DNA of 64,000 nt from a bacterium (GCA_025774245.1 JALGWI010000008.1:2525-66524); one strand, 5' to 3'. Counted from the stretch's first letter, positions 1-9,416 are shown. Numbers and translations are program-made. The notes: a model not told the origin generated them from the sequence alone.

Positions 1-2
1 TC

Positions 3-947
3 CACCTTGAGCCCTTCGTCGCCCGCGGGGACGTCCAGCTTCACGGCAGGCTCGACGAGTTCGCCCGCGGGCTCGAGCATCTCCAGAACTTCCTTGAGTA
101 CCAGCCGATCCGCCTCGTGGTGCCGGACCTCGCGACGCCGTTCGCGAAGGAGATTCGCGAGGCGGTCGCGGGGTACGCGTTCGTGCAGCTCGTGGCGGTC
201 CCCCTGAGATACCCGTTCGACCACGCCTCGGTCCTGGCACGTCACCTCGGTCTGCCGCACGACCTCGAGCACCCCGTGTGGGCGATCCCGACCGCGGGGA
301 TCTTCGCGGTCGACCGCGCGCTGACGTTCGGCAGGCCCGTCACCGAGCGTGTCGTCTCGCTGGGCGGACCGGCGGTCGACGAGCCCGTGCACGTCAGGAT
401 CCCCGTGGGCTACCCGATCGACGACGTGCTCGCGAATCACGTCTGCAGGGAGCCCGCCAGGGTCGTGTCGGGCGGGGTCTTTTCGGGCGACGCCATGGGC
501 GAGGACCGGAAGGGTCTCGACACGGAGACCGCCGGGCTCACCGTCCTCGCGGAGAACAGGAGTCGGCACCTCTTCGGGTTCGCGCGTCCCGGGTGGTCGC
601 GGCGCTCGTACGGGAGGACCTTCCTCTCCGGGATCCGCCCGACGTTCGCCGAGAGCATGAACACGGCGCTTCAGGGTGAGCTCCGCCCGTGCATAGCCTG
701 CGGGCAGTGCGTCGACGTCTGTCCCGCCGGGATCATGCCGAACGTGATCCACAAGTACCTCTACGCGGACGAGATCGAGAACACCATCGACGCCCGCGTG
801 GATCTCTGCTTCGAGTGCGGGCTCTGCTCGTACGTCTGCCCGTCGAAGATCGACCTCCGCCAGCAGTTCATCGACGCGAAGAGGGCGATCCAGGAAGAGC
901 TCGAGGCCATCGCGGAAGCCGAGGCCGCGCTGGAGGTGGAAGCTTGA
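3..947 (+). CDS. nqrA: Na+-translocating NADH:quinone oxidoreductase subunit A-like / RnfC-like C-terminal fragment. 5'-partial; the ORF is open to the window start.
   Basis: The frame is open from nt 3 with no upstream stop. The C-terminus has two CxxCxxCxxxCP ferredoxin motifs (CIACGQCVDVCP, CFECGLCSYVCP). It is the first gene of an operon whose downstream genes are NqrB-F-like. Confidence 0.65.
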   Translation, partial: HLEPFVARGDVQLHGRLDEFARGLEHLQNFLEYQPIRLVVPDLATPFAKEIREAVAGYAFVQLVAVPLRYPFDHASVLARHLGLPHDLEHPVWAIPTAGIFAVDRALTFGRPVTERVVSLGGPAVDEPVHVRIPVGYPIDDVLANHVCREPARVVSGGVFSGDAMGEDRKGLDTETAGLTVLAENRSRHLFGFARPGWSRRSYGRTFLSGIRPTFAESMNTALQGELRPCIACGQCVDVCPAGIMPNVIHKYLYADEIENTIDARVDLCFECGLCSYVCPSKIDLRQQFIDAKRAIQEELEAIAEAEAALEVEA

Positions 948-961
948 GGCTCGTCGCGAAC

Positions 962-2014
962 ATGCTCGATCGTGCGCGTCCCCTCTTCGAAGAGGGGGGC
1001 AGGTTCAATCTCCTCAAGCCCGTCTTCGACGCCGGAGACGCGCTCTTTCTCTCGCCGCTCGCGCGCACGTCGGTAGCACCCCACGTCCGCGATCCGCTCG
1101 ACGTCAAGCGCGTGATGACGACGGTGATCATCGCGGTCATCCCGTGCATCCTGGCTTCGGTCTACTTCTTCGGCCTGCGGATGCTCGCGATGTTCGTCGT
1201 CTCGTACGCGGTCGGGCTCTCCATTGAGGTCCTCTCCGCGATCGTCCGCAAGGAGGAGATCAACGAGGGCTTCTTCGTCACCGGCGCGCTCTTCCCGCTC
1301 ATCCTGCCGCCGGCGCTCCCGCTCTGGATGGTCGGGGTGGGCGTCGCCTTCGGGGTCATCGTCGGGAAGGAGATCTTCGGCGGGACCGGACGCAACGTCT
1401 TCAACCCGGCGCTCGTTGGGCGTGTGTTCCTCGCGCTCGCGTATCCGCGGGCGATGTCCGGAGCGTTCGTCGAGCCGGGAAGCGGACCGCTCGGACGCGT
1501 GACGCAGTACGCCGTCGATGCCGTCGCGACGGCCACGCCTCTCGCGGCCGCGAAGGGCGGCGACTTCGCCCCGATCCCGAACCTCCTCATCGGGAACGTG
1601 ACGGGAAGCGCGGGGGAGGTCTCGAGCATCGCGATCCTCCTGGGCGGCATCTTCCTCGTCGCCGTCGGGATAGCGAGCTGGCGCACGGTGTTCTCGATGC
1701 TCGGGTCGTTCGCGATCCTCTCCGCCGTCATGCACGGCGGGAGCCTCGAGATCGTCGGGTGGCACATGCTCGCCGGCGGGCTCCTCTTCGGCGCCTTCTT
1801 CATGGCGACCGATCCCGTGACGAGCCCGATGACGAACGCCGGGAAGTGGGCCTACGGGATCATCATCGGCGTGTCGGCCGCCCTCATCCGGAATCTCACC
1901 GGCTACGTCGAGGGCGTGATGTTCTCCATCCTTCTGGGGAACATCTTCGCGCCGGTCCTGGACGAGGCGTTCATCGCGGCGAGCCTGAGGAGGCTGCGTG
2001 AACAAAAAGCATAG
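962..2014 (+). CDS. nqrB: NADH:quinone oxidoreductase subunit B (NqrB/RnfD family)
   Basis: Polytopic membrane protein. The N-terminus LFEEGGRFNLLKPVFDAGDALFLSP...HVRDPLDVKRVMT resembles the cytoplasmic N-tail of Vibrio NqrB. The ATG at 962 lies 12 nt after a GAGG; the track ORF from 689 begins with an Arg-rich overlap with nqrA. Confidence 0.85.
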   Translation: MLDRARPLFEEGGRFNLLKPVFDAGDALFLSPLARTSVAPHVRDPLDVKRVMTTVIIAVIPCILASVYFFGLRMLAMFVVSYAVGLSIEVLSAIVRKEEINEGFFVTGALFPLILPPALPLWMVGVGVAFGVIVGKEIFGGTGRNVFNPALVGRVFLALAYPRAMSGAFVEPGSGPLGRVTQYAVDAVATATPLAAAKGGDFAPIPNLLIGNVTGSAGEVSSIAILLGGIFLVAVGIASWRTVFSMLGSFAILSAVMHGGSLEIVGWHMLAGGLLFGAFFMATDPVTSPMTNAGKWAYGIIIGVSAALIRNLTGYVEGVMFSILLGNIFAPVLDEAFIAASLRRLREQKA

Positions 2015-2636
2015 CGGATACGCGATCCTCTACGCGGCCGTCCTCGGTCTCGTCTGCGCGCTGGCTCTGACGGGCGTCGACCGCTTCACGGCGGAGAGGA
2101 AGGCGGCGAACGCGCAGGCGGAGGAGGTCCGGAACGTCCTCGGCGTTCTCGGCGTTCCGTTCGCCGCGGGCGCGAGCGCGGCAGAGCTCCTCGAGGTCTA
2201 CGAGTCGAACGTCCGGGACGAGGAGCGGAACGGCCGTGAGTTCTTCGTGTTCGATCATCCGTCTGCGGGCGAGCTCCTCGCGACGCGCTTCGAGGGGCCG
2301 GGTCTCTGGGGACCGGTCGAGGGGTTCCTCTGCCTCCGCGGAGATCGCGAGACGATCTACGCGGTCTCGTTCTACCGGCAGGAGGAGACGCCCGGGCTCG
2401 GCGGGGAGATCTCGTCCGACGCGTTCCAGGACCAGTTCCGCGGCAAGAAGATAGCGACGGCGGCGGGCGCGGGCATCCGCGTGGTCGCCGACGGGGCGGA
2501 CGCGCCGAACGAGGTCGACGCCATCGCCGGCGCGACGATGACGAGCGACAAGGTGCAGGCGATGCTCAACGAGACGATCGAGGAGATCGTCGGCGCGAAC
2601 GGCCGCCCGGCGAGGAGAGGTTCCCATGGCGGATAA
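1998..2636 (+). CDS. nqrC: NADH:quinone oxidoreductase subunit C (NqrC/RnfG family, FMN-binding)
   Basis: N-terminal transmembrane helix. Conserved flavinylation motif AIAGATMTSDKV. GTG start overlaps the nqrB 3' end. Confidence 0.8.
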   Translation: MNKKHSGYAILYAAVLGLVCALALTGVDRFTAERKAANAQAEEVRNVLGVLGVPFAAGASAAELLEVYESNVRDEERNGREFFVFDHPSAGELLATRFEGPGLWGPVEGFLCLRGDRETIYAVSFYRQEETPGLGGEISSDAFQDQFRGKKIATAAGAGIRVVADGADAPNEVDAIAGATMTSDKVQAMLNETIEEIVGANGRPARRGSHGG

Positions 2637-3306
2637 GAGCCCGGTCGCGTGCGTCACCTGCGTCTCCCGCGGCGGCGTCTGCGACGGGAAGGGCATCCAG
2701 ACGCTCAAGGACGGCGTCTGGGCCTCGAACCCGATCTCGATCCAGATCCTCGGGATCTGCTCCGCGCTTGCGGTCACGAACAGGCTCGAGAACTCGCTCG
2801 TGATGGGCGTGGCCCTCATCTTCGTCTGCGTCGGCTCGAACCTCTTCGTCTCGCTCCTCCGAAACGTCACGCCCCGGCGGATCCGCATGATCGCCGAGGT
2901 CGCGATCATCGCCACGTTCGTGATCGTCTTCGATCAGATCCTGAAGGCGTACTACTGGGAGATGTCGAAGCAGCTCGGCCCGTACGTCGGCCTCATCATC
3001 ACGAACTGCATCGTCATGGGGCGAGCCGAGGCCTTCGCGCTCCAGAACCGTCCGGTCGTCTCCATGGTCGACGGCCTGGCGAACGGAATCGGCTACGCCG
3101 TCGTCCTCGCGATCATCGGGTTCTTCCGCGAGCTCGCGGGGACAGGCGGGGTCGCAGGATTCCAGATCCTCTCGCTCGACTGGTACGTGCCCAATCAGCT
3201 GGCGGTCCTGGCGCCCGGCGCCTTCGTGGCGCTCGGTTTCCTGATCGCGCTCTTCAACTGGCTGAGCGGGGCGAACAAGGAGGAGAATGAGGGGAGCACG
3301 CCATGA
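2626..3306 (+). CDS. nqrD: NADH:quinone oxidoreductase subunit D (NqrD/RnfE family)
   Basis: PISIQILGICSALAVT matches the NqrD/RnfE N-terminal signature. Polytopic membrane protein. Has an unusual Cys-rich 25-aa N-terminal extension. Confidence 0.85.
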   Translation: MADKSPVACVTCVSRGGVCDGKGIQTLKDGVWASNPISIQILGICSALAVTNRLENSLVMGVALIFVCVGSNLFVSLLRNVTPRRIRMIAEVAIIATFVIVFDQILKAYYWEMSKQLGPYVGLIITNCIVMGRAEAFALQNRPVVSMVDGLANGIGYAVVLAIIGFFRELAGTGGVAGFQILSLDWYVPNQLAVLAPGAFVALGFLIALFNWLSGANKEENEGSTP

Positions 3307-3893
3307 CTGAGCTGTCGCCGTTCGTCATCCTGATTGCCGCGATCTTCACGAACAACATCCTGCTCGCGAACTTCCTCGGGATGTGCTCGTTTCTCGCGGT
3401 CTCGAAGAAGATCGAGACCGCGGCCGGGCTCGGCGCGGCCGTCATCTTCGTGACGACGGCCACGACGGCCATCAACTACGGCATCTACCATCACGTGCTC
3501 ACGCCCCTCGGTCTCACGTATCTCACGTTCATCGTCTTCATCGCGGTCATCGCCGCGTTCGTGCAGTTCGTGGAGATGTTCGTCGAGCGGTTCAGCCTCG
3601 GGCTCTACCACGCGCTCGGCATCTTCCTTCCGCTCATCACGGTCAACTGCGCCATCCTCGGCGCCTCGCTCTTCATGATCATCAGGAACTACACGTTCTG
3701 GCAGTCGGTCGCCTTCGGGTTCGGGGGCGGTGTCGGCTGGACGCTCGCGATCGTGCTCATCGCGGGCCTCCGGCAGAGGATGCGCTACTCCGACGTGCCG
3801 GTGCCCTTCCGCGGCGTCGCGATCGCGATGGTGATCACCGGCGTCATGGCGATGGCGTTCATGGGGTTCGCGGGAATGGTGAGGATCCAGTAG
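3303..3893 (+). CDS. nqrE: NADH:quinone oxidoreductase subunit E (NqrE/RnfA family)
   Basis: 196-aa polytopic membrane protein. ILLANFLGMCSFLAVSKK matches the NqrE/RnfA family. Confidence 0.9.
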   Translation: MTELSPFVILIAAIFTNNILLANFLGMCSFLAVSKKIETAAGLGAAVIFVTTATTAINYGIYHHVLTPLGLTYLTFIVFIAVIAAFVQFVEMFVERFSLGLYHALGIFLPLITVNCAILGASLFMIIRNYTFWQSVAFGFGGGVGWTLAIVLIAGLRQRMRYSDVPVPFRGVAIAMVITGVMAMAFMGFAGMVRIQ

Positions 3894-4988
3894 ATGGCTC
3901 TGCTCCTGCCGATACTCGTCTTCGGAGGTCTCCTCGTCGGGCTCACGATCGCCCTGTCGCTGGCGGAGCGCGTCCTCATCAACTACGGTGTCTGCAAGCT
4001 CGACGTCAACAACGGCGATCGCGAGTTCGAGGTCGACGGGGGGCAGACTCTCCTCTCGGCGCTGAACGAGTCGAAGGTCTTCATCCCCTCGGCGTGCGGC
4101 GGCCGCGGGTCGTGCGGACACTGCACCGTCACTGTCCTCTCGGGCGGCGGGCCGGTGCTCCCGACCGAGACGCCGTTCCTGACGAGGGTGGAGGTCAGGC
4201 AGGGCGTGCGCCTCGCCTGTCAGGTGAAGATCCGCGAGGACATCCGAATCAAGGTCCCGGAGGAGATCCTCAACGTCAAGATGTTCGCCGCGACCGTTTC
4301 GGCCAACCACCGGCTGACGCACGACCTCGTCGAGACCCACATGAGGCTCGACGAGCCGACCGAGATAGAGGCGAGGCCCGGGCAGTACGTGCAGCTGCAG
4401 GCTCCGGCGCCCGAGGGACCGGTCTACCGCGCGTACTCGATCAGCTCTCCCGCGTCCGTGAAGGACGAGGTCGAGCTCGTTGTGCGACTCGTTCCCGGCG
4501 GCATCGCGTCGACCTACATCCACGGCCTCGAGGAAGGCGACCAGGTCATCTTCACAGGACCGTACGGCGACTTCCGGATGAACGAGGAACCGGACGTCGA
4601 CATCGTCTGCATCGGCGGCGGATCGGGCATGGCGCCCTTGAAGAACCTCGTGCACACCGTGACCGCGCGCTGGCCGGAACGGAAGTGCTGGCTCTTCTTC
4701 GGCTGCCGCACGACGCAGGACATCTTCTACCTGGACGAGTTCCGGGAGCTCGAGAAGAAGAACCCGAACTTCCACGTCGTCTACGCGCTCTCCGATCCCC
4801 TCGAGGGCGAGGAGAAGTGGGAAGGGGAGACCGGGTTTATCCACCTGTCGGTCGACAAGCACCTCGACGTCAGCGACAGGAAGCGACAGGCGTTTCTGTG
4901 CGGCCCGCCGCCGATGGTCGAGGCCGTGATGAAGGTCCTCGAGGGCAAAGGGTTCAAGCCCGAGGACATCTACTACGACGAGTTCTAG
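3894..4988 (+). CDS. nqrF: NADH:quinone oxidoreductase subunit F (2Fe-2S ferredoxin plus FAD/NADH-binding)
   Basis: N-terminal transmembrane helix. 2Fe-2S motif CGGRGSCGHC...C. FAD motif RAYSISS. NAD motif GGGSGMAP. Confidence 0.9.
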   Translation: MALLLPILVFGGLLVGLTIALSLAERVLINYGVCKLDVNNGDREFEVDGGQTLLSALNESKVFIPSACGGRGSCGHCTVTVLSGGGPVLPTETPFLTRVEVRQGVRLACQVKIREDIRIKVPEEILNVKMFAATVSANHRLTHDLVETHMRLDEPTEIEARPGQYVQLQAPAPEGPVYRAYSISSPASVKDEVELVVRLVPGGIASTYIHGLEEGDQVIFTGPYGDFRMNEEPDVDIVCIGGGSGMAPLKNLVHTVTARWPERKCWLFFGCRTTQDIFYLDEFRELEKKNPNFHVVYALSDPLEGEEKWEGETGFIHLSVDKHLDVSDRKRQAFLCGPPPMVEAVMKVLEGKGFKPEDIYYDEF

Positions 4989-5000
4989 GGAGGTCGTCTC

Positions 5001-5453
5001 ATGGCCGTCACGACCGTTGCCTGCGTGCTGAGACGTGCCGCCGACTTCGAGTGCATCCTGATGGACTACTACCTCGGCCTCGCGGAGCAGACGACGCGGG
5101 AGGGGGTCAGGCTCCTCACCGACTACATGGCGCGGCACCGCCGCCGGCTCACCGAGGCGCTCGAGAGGTTCCCGGCCGGCGAGTACAAGAGGATCTCCGT
5201 CCTTCCGATCCGCTACGAGCCGGTCGCTGCGGAGTGCGACCACTTCTCGAGCAGGCCGCTGCCGCGGGACGCGACCGCGGCCGAGGTGCTCGATATCGCC
5301 ATCGAACTGGACGAGTGCCTGATATCGCTCTACCGTCAGGTGATCGAGCAGGACGTCGACCCCGAGGTGAAGGATCTCTTCGAGAGCCTCGTTCACCGTG
5401 AGGAGCGCGACGAGATTCAGCTCAAGAAGATCAAGGCGATGAACTACTTCTGA
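5001..5453 (+). CDS. Hypothetical protein, possibly a four-helix-bundle or ferritin-like fold
   Basis: 150-aa ORF with ordinary amino-acid composition, between nqrF and the polyprenyl synthase in the same orientation. No recognisable motif. Confidence 0.45.
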   Translation: MAVTTVACVLRRAADFECILMDYYLGLAEQTTREGVRLLTDYMARHRRRLTEALERFPAGEYKRISVLPIRYEPVAAECDHFSSRPLPRDATAAEVLDIAIELDECLISLYRQVIEQDVDPEVKDLFESLVHREERDEIQLKKIKAMNYF

Positions 5454-5472
5454 GTCGTCAGGGAACGCACAC

Positions 5473-6480
5473 ATGCAGCTTGCTGACATATACAGACCCG
5501 TCCGGGACGATCTCGACGCCGTCGAGGGTGTGCTTCGCAAGAGCCTGACGGGCACGGGCGATGGATCGATGGCGGAGGTCGGTCGGTACGTCCTCGAGGC
5601 GGGAGGCAAGCGTATGCGACCTGCGCTCGTGCTCCTCTCGGCCGGGGCGTCCGGCGGCGACGCTGCATCGGGTGCCAGGCAGCATCTCGTAGGCCTGGCC
5701 GCCGCCGCGGAGCTCATCCACATGGCGTCGCTCCTTCACGACGACGTCGTAGACGATGCGCGCCTGCGGCACCACAACCCCACGATCAACACGAGGTGGG
5801 GCGACGACGTCTCGATCGCGCTCGGCGACTACCTCTACTCAATCGCGTTCCACCTCATCTCCATGAGCGACGATCCCGGCATCGTCCAGGTCATGAGTTC
5901 CGCCACCGTCGCCATGTGCGAGGGTCAGCTCCTCCAGATCTGCGAGCGGACGAACCTGAACCTCTCCAGGGAGCGCTACGTCGAGATCGTCGAGAAAAAG
6001 ACCGCGGCCCTCTTCGCCGCCTCGGCCGAGGTCGGCGCCTCGCTCTCGAGCCGCAAGGAGTCCCTGAGGCGAGCGCTCCGCGACTACGGATTGAGCCTCG
6101 GCATCTCGTTTCAGATCGTCGACGACTACCTCGACCTCATCGGGGACGAGAAGCGGATGGGAAAGGAGCCCGGTCAGGACATCGCGGCCGGCGAGGCGAC
6201 CCTCCCGATGCTGAACTTGTGGGAGATCCTCTCGGACGAGGAGCGGAAGGCGACGGCCGATCTTCTGTCGTCGCACACCGGCGCCGACGCACTCTCGATC
6301 ATCAGGGAGAAGCTCGTGAGCACCGGGGCGGCCTCGATGACAGAGAAGGCCGCGATATCCTACGCGAACTCGGCGCGCGAGAGCCTGAGCGTGCTCACCA
6401 ACTCCACCTACAAGGAGAGCCTCCTCGGGCTCGCGGACTTCGTGCTCGAGCGCGGGTTCGGGAGCGCGGGAAGGGCGTAG
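5473..6480 (+). CDS. Polyprenyl diphosphate synthase (trans-isoprenyl diphosphate synthase, IspB/HepT/DmkB-like)
   Basis: Two DDxxD motifs (LLHDDVVDD and IVDDYLD), the GKRMRP motif, 335 aa. Confidence 0.85.
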   Translation: MQLADIYRPVRDDLDAVEGVLRKSLTGTGDGSMAEVGRYVLEAGGKRMRPALVLLSAGASGGDAASGARQHLVGLAAAAELIHMASLLHDDVVDDARLRHHNPTINTRWGDDVSIALGDYLYSIAFHLISMSDDPGIVQVMSSATVAMCEGQLLQICERTNLNLSRERYVEIVEKKTAALFAASAEVGASLSSRKESLRRALRDYGLSLGISFQIVDDYLDLIGDEKRMGKEPGQDIAAGEATLPMLNLWEILSDEERKATADLLSSHTGADALSIIREKLVSTGAASMTEKAAISYANSARESLSVLTNSTYKESLLGLADFVLERGFGSAGRA

Positions 6481-6581
6481 CCGCACCGCGGGAGCGGCGG
6501 CGCCCAGGCCGCAGCGGGGCCGAGCACGCGGGCACCGAGGGCCCACCAGAGCCGACGCGCAGCCGCCGCAGGCCAACCCAC

Positions 6582-6989
6582 ATGAAGCCGAATCCTGCAG
6601 TCGATCCCACTTTCCTCAAGCCGACGGCCACCGACGTGATCCTCATCGCGGTGGTCCTCGTTCTTGCGACCGCCTCGATCGTCTGGGTGGGCCGCGCCGA
6701 GAGCCGGACACCGGCCGGATCAGCCGTGGCGAAGATCTACCACGGCAACGTGCTCATCGAGGAGGTCGCGCTCGATGTCGATCGCGACCTCGAGCTCACC
6801 GACGTCGGCATGAGGGTCGAGGTGAGGGAGGGGAGGATCCGGGTCGTCGAGTCGGACTGCCCCCAGCAGGTCTGCGTCCATGCCGGCTGGATCCGGCGGG
6901 GCCGACAGGTGATCGCCTGCGTTCCGAACAAGGTCCTCATCACGATCGAGTCGTCGGAGCCGCCGTTCCTCGACGCCATCGTCCACTGA
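6582..6989 (+). CDS. NusG domain II-like small membrane protein (EetA-like candidate)
   Basis: N-terminal transmembrane helix, then a domain with CPQQVCVHAGWI...IACVPNKVLITIE (four-Cys NusG_II-type motif). The ATG at 6582 lies inside the longer track ORF from 5796. Confidence 0.6.
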   Translation: MKPNPAVDPTFLKPTATDVILIAVVLVLATASIVWVGRAESRTPAGSAVAKIYHGNVLIEEVALDVDRDLELTDVGMRVEVREGRIRVVESDCPQQVCVHAGWIRRGRQVIACVPNKVLITIESSEPPFLDAIVH

Positions 6990-7020
6990 CGCGGGCGTCG
7001 CCGCCCGCACGGGATGCCTC

Positions 7021-8307
7021 ATGGCAGAGCCGGACACCACCGATCACCACGGCACGCACAGGATGGCCCTCCTGGTGGCGGTCGCGTGCGTGCTCCAGAT
7101 CGCGGAGTCGCTCCTCCCGCATCCGATTCCGGGGCTGCGCCTGGGGCTCGCCAACACCCTGACCCTGGTCGCACTCGTGATGTTCGGGTTCCGCTCCGCG
7201 CTCGAGCTCACCGTGCTCCGAACGATCCTCTCCTCGTTCATCATCGGGACGTTCATGTCGCCGGGCTTCATCCTGAGCTTCTCGGCGGGGATCGTGAGCA
7301 CGTTCGTCATGGGTCTCGTCTACTGGCTCGCGACGAGGCACCGTCGCCTCGGGCTCAGCATCATCGGGGTGAGCGTCGTCGGCGCGCTCGCGCACAACAC
7401 GGTGCAGCTCCTTCTCGCCTACGCGCTTCTCGTTCGGCATCCCGGCATCTTCATCTTCTTCCCGTGGCTCATGATCGGGGCCGTCGTCATGGGGTGGGTG
7501 ACCGGACTCGTTGCGGGCGGAGTCTGCCGGAGGATCGCCGCGCCGCACGAGCACACGGAGCGGCGGATGGCGGTCGGGTCGAAGCCGGCACCGATGGTGC
7601 CGCGCGACTACGTGCCCGGCGACTCCCTCGTTCACCGTGTTCCCTCTGTTGTCAAGATCGCGAGCGTCGTCGTCCTGGCAATCGTCATTCTCGTGTTCAC
7701 CGACCCCTGGCTCTATCTTGCGATCTTCGTTCTCCTTCTCGTCGCGGGCGCGGTCTCGGGCGCCTCGCCGGTCTTCTTCGCGAAACGAGTGGGGAGATAC
7801 GCCTTCCTCCTCGCGGTCGCATTCCTGTTGCCCGCATTCTTCAACTCGGGTACGCACGTCCTCGCGAGCGCGGGCCCGCTCCGGATCACAACCGAGGGGA
7901 TCCGCGCCGGATGTTTCTTCGCCGCGCGGATTCTCCTGCTCATGATGGCAAGCTCGCTCTGGGTTCGAACGACGTCGCCGCAGGAGATGACGCGGGGACT
8001 CACGAAACTCCTGTCACCCTTGCGCGCATTTGGCATTCCCGTCGAAAGGTCTGCCGCCATCGTCTCCGAGGCGTGGCTCGCGATTCCAGCGTTCTGGGGG
8101 ACGGTGACGGACACGTTCCATATCGAGAACCTGAAGAAGTTGCGGGGTATCCGCGACTTCGTTCCGCTGCTCACGGAACTCATCGCGGCTCTGTACGTCG
8201 AGGCAGAAGATGCGGGAATCGACGGCTCCGCTCAGGGCGGAAGCGAGACTGCGACCGGGAGAAACGGAGACCGGCTTGCGGCCGATGGAGGAGGAGGGAC
8301 CTCCTGA
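7021..8307 (+). CDS. Fusion protein: Gx transporter (ECF S-component-like, 'heptaprenyl diphosphate synthase component I' family) N-terminal domain plus an ECF transporter T-component (EcfT/CbiQ)-like C-terminal domain
   Basis: Residues 1-175 are a small polytopic protein with the Gx-family pattern. Residues ~190-428 begin with YVPGDSLVHRVPSVVKI, an EcfT N-terminal motif, followed by EcfT-like transmembrane helices. A single uninterrupted ORF. Confidence 0.7.
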   Translation: MAEPDTTDHHGTHRMALLVAVACVLQIAESLLPHPIPGLRLGLANTLTLVALVMFGFRSALELTVLRTILSSFIIGTFMSPGFILSFSAGIVSTFVMGLVYWLATRHRRLGLSIIGVSVVGALAHNTVQLLLAYALLVRHPGIFIFFPWLMIGAVVMGWVTGLVAGGVCRRIAAPHEHTERRMAVGSKPAPMVPRDYVPGDSLVHRVPSVVKIASVVVLAIVILVFTDPWLYLAIFVLLLVAGAVSGASPVFFAKRVGRYAFLLAVAFLLPAFFNSGTHVLASAGPLRITTEGIRAGCFFAARILLLMMASSLWVRTTSPQEMTRGLTKLLSPLRAFGIPVERSAAIVSEAWLAIPAFWGTVTDTFHIENLKKLRGIRDFVPLLTELIAALYVEAEDAGIDGSAQGGSETATGRNGDRLAADGGGGTS

Positions 8308-8367
8308 GGGCCTGAAAGGGCCCGCCCGGCCGCTTCGCCACGACAACGCCCGCTTGGGGATACGCCC

Positions 8368-9393
8368 ATGGAGAGAAGGACCATCGGAGCTGCGCTCGTC
8401 TGCGCCGCGCTCGCCGGCGCCGCCGGCGTCGGGCTCCCCTCGTGCTCGTCGGACCGCAGCGGCTCCTCCTCGGATGACGTCTCCGACAAGACGCGTTTCA
8501 TGATGGGGACGTACGTCACCATCCACGTCCGGGGGCCGGCGGAGAGCGCGATCCCGGCGATCGAAGCGGCTCTCGACCGGATGGAGGAGATCGACAGGAA
8601 GTTCAACGTCACGAACCCCGAGAGCCCCCTCCACGCGTTCAATCACGATGGCACTCCGGTCACCGACGAGGAGATCCTGGCGGTCGTCGATGAGGCGATG
8701 AAGATGACTGGCCTCACGGACGGAGCGTTCGACGCGACGATCTCTCCTCTGATCGAGCTCTGGGGTTTCTACGATGAGACCCCCGCCCTTCCTGAGCATC
8801 AGAAGATCGAGTCGTGCATGGAGAGGATCGGCCACGAGCACGTGGTTCTCCTGGACGGCGTGCTCAGGAAGACGAAGGAGGGCGTTGGGATCGACCTGGG
8901 CGGCATAGCCAAGGGTTACGCCGTCGAGGAGGGCGCCGAGGTTCTGCGCGGCCTGGGTCTGACGGAGGCCCTCATCGACGCCGGGGGCGATATCTACGCG
9001 CTCGGTTCCCGGGGCGGAGAGCCCTGGAAGGTCGGCGTCAGAAGTCCCCGCGGGGAGGAGCTTCTCGGGTACATCGAGGTCGAGGACATGGCCGTCATGG
9101 GCTCGGGCGACTATGAGAGGTTCTTCATCCACGAGGGCAGGCGATACCATCACATCTTCGATCCCAGGACGGGATATCCGGCCGAAGGTCTGTCGGGAAT
9201 CACCGTCCTATCCTCCGAGCCGATGACGGCGGACGCCTGGGCGACCGCGCTCTTCGTCATGGGGCCTGAGGAAGGTCTCCGGGCGGCCGAGGAGATGCCG
9301 GACCTCGAGGTCATCATGGTCACGACATCGGGCGAAGTGCTCCACACGAGCGGGATGGGGAACGAGCTCAGGGCGCCGCCCGAAAACCAGTAG
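8368..9393 (+). CDS. apbE: FAD:protein FMN transferase (ApbE family) lipoprotein
   Basis: Lipobox LPSC after the signal peptide. ApbE motifs TRFMMGTYVTI, GIAKGYAV, DAGGDIY and GSGDYERFF. Confidence 0.85.
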   Translation: MERRTIGAALVCAALAGAAGVGLPSCSSDRSGSSSDDVSDKTRFMMGTYVTIHVRGPAESAIPAIEAALDRMEEIDRKFNVTNPESPLHAFNHDGTPVTDEEILAVVDEAMKMTGLTDGAFDATISPLIELWGFYDETPALPEHQKIESCMERIGHEHVVLLDGVLRKTKEGVGIDLGGIAKGYAVEEGAEVLRGLGLTEALIDAGGDIYALGSRGGEPWKVGVRSPRGEELLGYIEVEDMAVMGSGDYERFFIHEGRRYHHIFDPRTGYPAEGLSGITVLSSEPMTADAWATALFVMGPEEGLRAAEEMPDLEVIMVTTSGEVLHTSGMGNELRAPPENQ

Positions 9394-9416
9394 GAGAGAA
9401 TCGGGAGGAGGGTTTC

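Noticed and set aside
3195-5723. 842-aa - strand ORF across nqrE, nqrF and the hypothetical gene
   Set aside because: Antisense to strongly supported Nqr subunits. Composition is Arg/Asp/Glu-rich and low-complexity.
5796-6581. N-terminal 262 aa of the 397-aa track ORF preceding the NusG_II protein
   Set aside because: Arg-rich translation overlapping the 3' end of the polyprenyl synthase gene in another frame. The real gene most likely starts at the ATG at 6582, just before the transmembrane helix.
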